Below, piece by piece: positions 60,693 to 64,000 of a stretch of DNA of 64,000 nucleotides. The DNA is from an uncultured Gemmatimonadales bacterium (GTDB taxonomy: Bacteria; Gemmatimonadota; Gemmatimonadetes; Longimicrobiales; Gaopeijiaceae), in contig CAWGKG010000012.1 in NCBI GenBank assembly GCA_963823035.1, positions 32,001 through 96,000 on the forward strand, read 5' to 3'. The notes under the pieces are model-generated. The model saw nothing but the letters and a program-made list of their open reading frames with translations, did no database searches and had not been told where the DNA came from. The position numbers and the translations under genes are program-made. Positions within the stretch are counted from its first letter, which is position 1; each line of letters starts with the position of its first letter.

Positions 60693-61322
60693 ATGAGCAA
60701 GCCCATCCTCTACGGCAGTCCCCTCAGTCCCTTCGTGCGGACCGTCCGCATCGCCTGCGCCGAGAAGGGCGTCGACATCGACCTGCAGGAGGCCGACCTG
60801 AAGGCGCCCGACTACGAAGCGATCCATCCGTTCCGCCGTATGCCGGCGTGGCGTCACGGCGACGTCCACCTGTTCGAGATGCTGGGGATCGTCACCTACG
60901 TCAGCCGCGCCTTCGACGGCCCGGCCCTGATCCCGGCCGACGCCGCAGGGCTGGCGCGCTGCCTGCAATGGGTCAGCGTCCACAACGACTATATCGCCAG
61001 TGACCTCATCCGCTCGATCATCGTCGAGCGCCTGGTCATGCCGCGCTTCTTCGGCATTGCCTCCGACGAGGCGAGGATCGCCGAGGCCCTGCCCCGCGCC
61101 GAGCACGCCTTCGACGTCCTCGACCGGGCGCTGGCCGCCTCGCCCTACCTCGCCGGCGACCAGGCGACGCTCGCCGACTTCGCCATGCTGCCCGCGATCT
61201 TCTATGCCGGCCTCACCCCGGACACGAAGGAGGGCGTCGCGGGCCGCCGTCACCTGATGGCCTGGCAGGAGCGCATGAGCGCGCGTCCGTCTGTCCAGGC
61301 GACGGTGCCGCAGTTCGACTGA
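60693..61322 (+). CDS. Glutathione S-transferase family protein
   Basis: GGAG RBS; SPFVRTVRI, HPFRRMP, YLAGD..TLAD, RPSV. Confidence 0.9.
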   Translation: MSKPILYGSPLSPFVRTVRIACAEKGVDIDLQEADLKAPDYEAIHPFRRMPAWRHGDVHLFEMLGIVTYVSRAFDGPALIPADAAGLARCLQWVSVHNDYIASDLIRSIIVERLVMPRFFGIASDEARIAEALPRAEHAFDVLDRALAASPYLAGDQATLADFAMLPAIFYAGLTPDTKEGVAGRRHLMAWQERMSARPSVQATVPQFD

Positions 61323-61366
61323 CGCTCGGCGTTGCCGGGGCGCCAGCGCAGCGCTAGCGTCCCGGC

Positions 61367-62477
61367 ATGGCATCCTTACCCACTCGGCCCCGCGCCCGCG
61401 ACCTCGGCTTCCCGTTCACGGGTACGCCCGGTCCCCTCAACGCCGTCACCGACATCGCCGGCGTCGAGGTCGGCCACACCACCCTGATCGAGGGCGACGG
61501 CCCGCTGGACGGTCGGCAAGGGTCCGGTCCGCACCGGCGTCACGGTGGTCTTTCCGAGGGGCCGGGCCGGTGCGCTGAAGCCCTGTTTCGCCGGCTTCCA
61601 CGGCCTCAACCCCTGGGGCGAGATCACCGGCACCCTGCGCCTGGAGGCCCAGGGCCTGATGGGCGGACCTCTGGCCACGACCAACTCGATGTCGGTCGGC
61701 CTCGTGCGCGACGCTGTCGCGCGCTGGCTCACCGAAGGCTACGACAACGAACTCATGATGACCCTGATGGGCCAGTCGATCCGCGTCGTCGGCGAGACCC
61801 ACGATGGCTGGCTCAACGACATCGTCGGCCAGCACGTCCGGCCCGAGCACGTCGTCGCCGCACTCGCCGGCGCCCGCGGCGGCCCGGTCGCGGAAGGCAG
61901 CGTCGGCGGTGGCACCGGCATGACCGCCTACGAGTTCAAGGCAGGCATCGGCACCGCCAGCCGCGTGGTCGAGACCGGGCCGGGGACCTGGACCATGGGC
62001 GTCATCCTGCAGGCCAATCACGGCCTGCGCCGCGACCTGCTGATCGGCGGTGCGCCGGTCGGACGCACCCTGGCGGGTGGCTGGAAGGAGAAGGAGTCGG
62101 GCTCGATCATCGCGACGGCAATCACCGACGCCCCCCTGCTCTCGCCACAATTGAAGCGCATCGCCCAGCGCGTCGGGCTGGGCATCGCGCGCACGGGTGC
62201 GATCGGGCGCAACAACTCCGGCGACATGTTCGTGGCGCTTTCGACCGCCAACGAGGACACCTGGGCCGCCACCGACGGCCTGCGCCGGGCGGAGTTCCTG
62301 CACGACGCCCATATCGACCCGTTGTTCGAGGCCGCCGTGGAGGCGGCCGAGGAAGCGGTGATCAACGCCATCGTGGCGTCCGACACCATGGTCGGGATCG
62401 ACGGGAACACGTCGCCCGGCCTGCCCGTTGACGAGGTGCGCGACATCCTGCGCACGTTCAACCGGCTCGAGGACTGA
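61367..62477 (+). CDS. P1 (S58/DmpA) family aminopeptidase, frameshift near 5' end
   Basis: RARDLG, NAVTDIAGVEVGHTT, RTGVT, EGSVGGGTGM, KAGIGTASR, GSII cleavage site, SGD. Confidence 0.9.
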
Positions 62478-62520
62478 CGATCGCCGCGCGATCGCCCTGT
62501 TCGTCACCATATGGAAGGCC

Positions 62521-63240
62521 ATGGCCGCCACAGTCCACGACCGTCTCCCGCCGCCCCGCTACGGCCTCAGCCGCCGCGGGCTGCTGGCTGGCGGCCTGGC
62601 GCTGGCCTGCCTGCCGCGCAACGCCCGCGCCGAGGCCAACCTGCCGCCGCTGGCGACGCCCGCCAGCGGCCGCCTGCATTACGCCCTGTCGTGGGTCGGG
62701 CTGCCGGTCGGCAGCCACGACATCGCCGTGACCGACGACGGCGGCAGCGGCAGCGGCAACTTCACCGTGACCAACAAGGTCGAGATCACCATCAGCCTGC
62801 TGTTCTTCGATGCCATCCGCTTCATCCACACCAGCACGGAGACATGGCGCGGCGGCCTGCTGACCGGGTTTGCCAGCGCCACCGAGGACGACGGCAAGTT
62901 CTACAAGGTGACGGGCCAGCCGAGCGACGCGGGCTTCACGCTGACCGGGACCAAGGGCAGCTTCACGGCGCCGGCCGACGTCATGACCAACAACGACGTC
63001 TTCGTCCCGCCGGTGCCTGGGCACCGTCCGATCGTCAACGCCAAGACCGGCGAGGTCGTCGACCTCACCGTCACCGCCGCCGGCACCGAGCAGGTCCGGC
63101 GCCAGACCGGCACGGTCAGGGCCGACCGGTTCGATATCGACAGCGACGTGGCGAAGGGCAGCCTGTTCTATGACGGCGATCTCTTCGTGAAGGGCTGGTT
63201 CACCCGCCGTGGCCGGACGGTGGACTACAAGTTGGCCTAG
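62521..63240 (+). CDS. Tat-exported DUF6134-like protein
   Basis: SRRGLL Tat motif; G.PVGSH, F.H.STETWRGG.L. Confidence 0.7.
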   Translation: MAATVHDRLPPPRYGLSRRGLLAGGLALACLPRNARAEANLPPLATPASGRLHYALSWVGLPVGSHDIAVTDDGGSGSGNFTVTNKVEITISLLFFDAIRFIHTSTETWRGGLLTGFASATEDDGKFYKVTGQPSDAGFTLTGTKGSFTAPADVMTNNDVFVPPVPGHRPIVNAKTGEVVDLTVTAAGTEQVRRQTGTVRADRFDIDSDVAKGSLFYDGDLFVKGWFTRRGRTVDYKLA

Positions 63241-64000
63241 GCGATGCCCCGGCGCCGGCGGACCCAGGCGATGACCGGCATGGGCAGGAACAGCAGGAAA
63301 TAGAGCGTGACCGCTGCCGGCAGGCCGTGGGGATCCCACCAGTCCATCGCGAAGCCGGAAATCGACGGTCCGGCGATCGAGCCGCAGCCGTACATGAAGC
63401 CGAAGACGGCGGTCGCCGACGGCAGGTCGGCGCCGCGGAAGCGCTCGCCCAGCAGCATCACGGTCAGGCTGTACTGCGACGAGCGGATGCCGCCGAACAG
63501 CATGAGGCAGAGCACGCCGGCGCCGCCCAGGGGCAGGATCCACGGCAGGGCGACACAGCCCAGGGCGCCCAGCACGACGACGCAGGACAGCAGGGCGCGA
63601 CGGTCGATGCGGTCGGCGAGGTAACCGATCAGCAGCGGCATCGCGACGCCGCCCCAGCCCATCCAGCCGATCGCCTCCACGGCCGAGCTCCGGTCCATGC
63701 CCAGGCGCAGGCCGTAGACCGAGACCAGCGACATGATGGAGGTCGCGATCGCCGAGAAGACGAAGTTGGAGACCATCGGCAGCGGCGCCAGCCGCAGATA
63801 CTGGTGGAGCCGTACGGTGCTGCGCCCTTCGGCCTCGATCCGGCTGCCGTAGGAGACCACGAGCGGAAGCAGGCAGCCCGCCACCAGCAGGCCGCCGACG
63901 ATGAAGGGCAGATGGCCCTCCATCCCGGTCCAGGCCTGCAGGAAGGGGCCCATCGAGAAGCCGGTGGCGATCGCCGAGGAGAACACGGCGATGGTGCGGC
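63237..64000 (-). CDS. MFS transporter, 5'-truncated by window
   Basis: Multiple TM helices, IGYLADRIDRR, GSIAGP..SGFAMD. Confidence 0.88.
   Translation of the reverse strand, partial: RTIAVFSSAIATGFSMGPFLQAWTGMEGHLPFIVGGLLVAGCLLPLVVSYGSRIEAEGRSTVRLHQYLRLAPLPMVSNFVFSAIATSIMSLVSVYGLRLGMDRSSAVEAIGWMGWGGVAMPLLIGYLADRIDRRALLSCVVVLGALGCVALPWILPLGGAGVLCLMLFGGIRSSQYSLTVMLLGERFRGADLPSATAVFGFMYGCGSIAGPSISGFAMDWWDPHGLPAAVTLYFLLFLPMPVIAWVRRRRGIA

Noticed and set aside
60210..61322. SRPBCC-GST fusion
   Set aside because: Indel near 60600; SRPBCC ends at TGA 60667-60669 and GST has its own RBS and ATG.

Overview
High-GC alphaproteobacterial chromosome segment (gene content and synteny look Rhodospirillales-like). 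It is mostly core genes: an imelysin/di-haem iron-related operon, ltaE, rluD, rpoH, purA, serA-serC, glmM-folP-ftsH-tilS, tol-pal, ruvCAB-yebC, trcR, yciB, prpE, hldE, ubiX, purEK, def, rpsU and pntAB. Many genes carry small indels that are concentrated in the most conserved loci. These look like consensus or polishing errors, so gene boundaries were reconstructed across frames and some are approximate. No rRNA, tRNA, CRISPR array, prophage or transposase was recognised. Main observations: (1) a Cada2-type methylation-sensing regulator whose promoter shares a 17/18-identical GCAA-box motif, at identical spacing to a -10-like hexamer, with the promoter of DUF1127-dinB, which suggests an undescribed DUF1127-DinB-Ada-PhzF alkylation-response module that also carries a MocR-type operator; (2) three Pal lipoprotein paralogues in one tol-pal locus; (3) a decay hotspot at about 39.3-44.6 kb with an orphan promoter/RBS, a LysR/GNAT back-to-back deletion scar, and a PhyH pseudogene split by a 149-bp TTA-flanked two-hairpin MITE next to a FitAB/VapBC module; (4) a possible AUC start codon for rpsU.
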